A DNA stretch of 64,000 bases from the NCBI GenBank assembly GCA_039621445.1, contig CP154954.1, positions 20,694,642 through 20,758,641 of the forward strand, written 5' to 3'. The notes under the pieces were generated by a model. That model was not told the origin of the DNA and did no database searches. It was given only the letters and a program-made list of their open reading frames with translations. Shown piece by piece: positions 60,401-64,000 of this stretch. The translations under genes were made by a program, and so were the position numbers. Numbering within the stretch: the stretch's first letter is position 1; each line of letters begins with the position of its first letter. The stretch comes from Euglena gracilis. Lineage: Eukaryota.

Positions 60401-62950
60401 GTTTTCCCTCTACCCACCCTTTATCAGAGGATCCAAGTCTTTCCTTTCACGGTGCGTGAACAGTTTTTGTTGCTTTGTGATCTTTCTCCGCAAGGACGAA
60501 GAATGAAGCTTATCTCATTGTCCCTGCGGTCAAGTTTCCTGAACTTTCTCAGTGGCAGGTGTTTTTTTGTTGAAGGAATGCCCCAGGTTGGGGTGGGGGG
60601 GGGGGTGTATCGGCCAGTCCAAACTTGGCTGCTGGTTTGTCGAGTGGACTCTTCTCCAGCTGCTGACTTCCTGCCACAGTGCCAGAGCAACTGAAAATCC
60701 CCCTGGAGGAGTGGCTGGAATGGGCAAGCATATCCTGCGCCCCTTGTTGATTTTTGCTCTCTGCCTGGGGGTTCCCGGCTTCGACTTGGCTTCCCGCACT
60801 TTGTCTGACCCACCAAGCAAGCCTCCTGTGGCCCACAGCCAGGGCCACGGGGCCACTACAAGTCGATGCACGCGCGGCACCAGCAGCGGAGCATGTCGTT
60901 GGAGGAGGAGCGGGACCAGCTGCTGACCTCCGGCCGGGAGGTTCACGGGGAGCTGCTCCAGCCCACCCCGCTGCCTTCCCATTCCGTTCCCCGGGGGGGG
61001 GGGCAGGCATATAGGCCAATGCGACCCTGCGGCCCAAGCCAGCAGCCCAACCTGAAGCCTGATGGATGTGGGGTGAGCTGCCTCTGGATGATGGTGTCTA
61101 TGGGCGAGAACAGTTCCCGTTATCCCCCCGCGTAGTTGTGATCCTCTGTGCCACCCAACTGTCACTCCCACCAGATTCATTTCCTGCCTCAAACTGAGCC
61201 AAAAGTGCACCGTTGGGAGAATGTCCAATAGAACTAACCAAAATCCTGCCCCTCCTCCGCGGCCAATCAACAGAATTCTCGAGGTCCTGGTACCCTCTGA
61301 TGCCATACACCAGCATTGCCTGCAGTTCGTCTACTTGTGCGCTTTTGGGGGGTTCCGGCCTGGCGTTTTTGCATGTGGATCCCCCCTCCAGTTGGAGGCA
61401 GCGGCGTGCCCCCAGCCCACGCCGCGCTGTGTCGGCAGCAGGAGTTGTGCGCAGCGCTGGAGGAGGAGCTGAGCACCGCCCGGCAGGAGAATGAGGCGCT
61501 GCTGCCCAGCGACGCGTTGGGGGGGGGGGCAGCGGTAGCGGCAGTGACAGAGGGCAGGCTTCTGGGAAGCTGCCCCCTCTCTCCCCGTGAAGCTGTCACC
61601 CACCGTGAGAATTTGTCGCCTCGCCTTGCACCGGATGGTGATAATGCTTTTGGATCCATTAAAAATTTCCCTTCTGGTATTTCCATATCAATTGGAATCT
61701 TAACACGGCTGATTTTGAATCAGAAGTGCTCACAAGCGAGCCCTTCTCAAGAAATTCAAGAGAAGGATGGCATCAACTATTTCATTCCACCAGGGGGGGG
61801 GGGCAGGGGAGGAGCAGGATTCCCCACTGGTTCGCTCACGGCAATGGAGTCCTTTTTTTACGGTATTTAATTTTATCCTTTTGTCTTAGGCGGCGCAAAT
61901 TGCCCAAATTTTTTGCGATTTTTTGCACGCTTGGGGTGCGCGGGTTTCCGTTTACGAAAGTCACTGTTATGTGCTCGAAATTTTGAGAGGATGGCACCAG
62001 CACGAAAATTTGGGTCGTTAAGGGTCCATTTTAAGCATTTTGACAAAGTGGCGATTTTGAGAATTAATGGTCGTTTTAGGGGGGGTTTTGGAAAACACCC
62101 CCCTGGAACGCCCTGAAATTTTGAAAAACAGAAAACAGCCGGAGAACACCTCGCCTCTGAAGCCCCGGTTGTTTGGTGAGGCTACCGGACCCCCCCTCTG
62201 GAGGGGGGGTGACACGGTGTGGCAGGTGACGAAGAGGCACCCGCTTAAGCAACCCGCGCATTTTTGAACAACTCGTGAGTCCCGACGTCCAGTGATGGGA
62301 GACGTGAACACACAGCACTGCCCAACAGATGCTACAATTTCTTGGAAGAGATGTTTTAAGCGGTAAACCGCGCAAAATGAGTTTTTGTGATGAAGAGATG
62401 CTGGCCTAACGGAGGGGACTGGACTGGGAATAACGTTAAAAACGAGGTTACACGGTTTACCGCGTAAAGAAGTGATGATTCCTCAGGCGAAAACCCGCGC
62501 ACAAGGGTTTGAGAAGGAGAACAGTTCGTGTTTGTGGATGACACGTGGGAGCGGGAAGTGGGAACGCACAGAAACCTCCAGAAGTGGGTCATCACGTGAA
62601 GTTGTTAATGAACAAGTTTGGGGGAGAGGGAGGGGGACTTTGGGGCGTTATTGAACGATAGCAGTGGGCGGTTATCCGCCTACTTCGTTTTTAGTTTGCG
62701 CGGGTTTCCGCCCAGATGAGGTTTGGGTGGAAACCCGAGTGGAGCTTGTTGCTGTCCTGATGGTTTGTGTTTTGTGATGTTTTGGTGTCCCAGTATTGTC
62801 GGTGTCAGTGGTGACGTGTGGCGACATCGTTTTTGACAGTTGGTCGGGACAGGTTGAAAGGGAGCTGTGGCTGCTGCGCCGTGACAGCAAGCAGCCGAGC
62901 AGGCGGAAACCCGCCTGGCATTTGAGCAGGAGGTGGACACCCTCCTCTGC
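54470..62950 (+). CDS. Gene 3 (multi-exon, ends uncertain): long coiled-coil protein
   Basis: GC-rich heptad exons: EARLLLLEQENRELKDLL (~55425), QLQAKDAEAKELQAINAALKSEAQSLQEE (to 55940), DDRVALQADLNALERQLWEL (56254-56313), ALEARLAALAAERDAAH (56848-57023), KLVADMEAFAREVETLQ (60100-~60232), SLEEERDQLL (~60900), ELCAALEEELSTARQENEALL (~61440), QAAEQAETRLAFEQEVDTL (~62890). Confidence 0.7.
55941..56253 (+). other. Probable conventional GT-AG intron
   Basis: gag|GTcagc ... tcccAG|gac gives the in-frame coiled-coil join QEE|DDRV. Confidence 0.55.
57869..58150. mobile_element. PIF/Harbinger (Tourist)-like MITE
   Basis: About 54-bp TIR ggggatgcctaaaaagcggtgcggcaccgct; 3-bp TSD ttt; GGG termini. Confidence 0.7.
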
Positions 62951-64000
62951 AATTCGGACGTAGTAATGTTCCCCCCGGCTAGTGCTGAAGGGGTGGCTGC
63001 AGGGACAGCAGTGGAACGCACGTGTCAGTTGCCAGGCCGGGTGAGCTGCGGTAGAGAAGATGTTTTGTTACCGTCCCAAAAAACGGCCAAAAAACTGAGG
63101 TTGATTTCTCAGGAGGAACAAAAGCACCTCCCAGGGCCCTTCTCCTGGAACCCAACGGTCTTGGTGGCCCCAAAATCAGGGTTTGGGGAAGGCTGACGAA
63201 GAAGTGATTCAAGATATGGACGGAGAAACGCCTGTTTCAGCAGCTGATGACAGCAATCGAACAATTTTGTAGGGTTTTCAGAAGGAGTCCTCCAGGTTCT
63301 GAGAAAATCAAGGCCTTTTCAATTGTTTTTTGAAGGAGTTTCACAACATTTTTCGTTTGAAAAGCTGCAGTTTTTGCTGAAATTCAGACAGAATGCCCAA
63401 ACCACCTCTTTTTAACTGGCTCTTCTTCCCTCGGGGTCGGCAACATGCCTGCAGAGAGGCAACGGTGGTCTCCACAGTCAAAAGCCGTGTGGAAGGGGGG
63501 TAAACCAGAAGGTCGTCGTTCTCAACCAACGCCGGGTCGATGTTTGACCCGGTGCATTTTGGCCTCCATCCACGTAACCACCCTCAGCACAAGTGTGTCC
63601 GGTCCTTTTGGAAACCACCCCTGCTCTGAGTGCCCAAGTTTAAGGGCTGGCCATCTCTCCTCGTTTGGTCAACCCCTGCTGGTTCAATCTCCTCTCCCTG
63701 GTTTCCGTAAACCTCCACCCCTCAAACTCACCACAACACGCCAGACGCCATTCAGTTGCAAACTGCCTGGCAACAAAGTCTGTCGTCCGTGTCCTCCGCA
63801 AAGATTCACGCCTGTGACTGGTGTCACAAGTAGGGTTGCAAAACTTTGCCAACAAACCAGCAGACTTCATTTCTAGGGTGGCTTCCATCTCACCCCCCCC
63901 ATCCCATCGTCCACAAATGCTTTGCTTTTTCTGCTGACCCTTAACCCGGCCACACGGATTCCCGCTTACACCCAGTCGCCTTACACTCACCACGTATACA

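Overview
Eukaryotic, repeat-rich nuclear DNA, most likely from a euglenid (Euglena-like). This is inferred because short GC-rich + strand exons are joined mostly by non-GT-AG 'nonconventional' introns. Their ends base-pair in a fixed register: 5' N3-CAG ... CTG-N5 3', with CAT/ATG, CAC/GTG and TGA/TCA variants. Applying that rule by hand gives in-frame joins for three + strand genes. Gene 1 (5'-partial, to about 34526) encodes SPRY/B30.2-like, two SH3-like+MIB/HERC2 modules, a Pro-rich linker and a C-terminal R-S-E class mono-ADP-ribosyltransferase with intact R, STS and ExE motifs. Gene 2 (about 38490-50777) is a paralog with SPRY and one SH3-like+MIB/HERC2 module. Gene 3 (about 54470 to beyond 62950) encodes a long coiled-coil protein. 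Introns are full of MITE-like elements: hAT-type with CA(G/T)...(C/A)TG ends and 8-bp TSDs, TA-targeting elements in microsatellites, a 5-bp-TSD family with palindromic arrays, and a Harbinger-like element. Main observation: the 3+5 nt intron geometry equals exact removal of a hAT element plus one 8-bp TSD. One intron (7718-7846), absent from two paralogous exons, is still a recognisable hAT-type MITE with 12-bp TIRs and a 7/8 TSD. All splice sites are manual predictions without transcript data.
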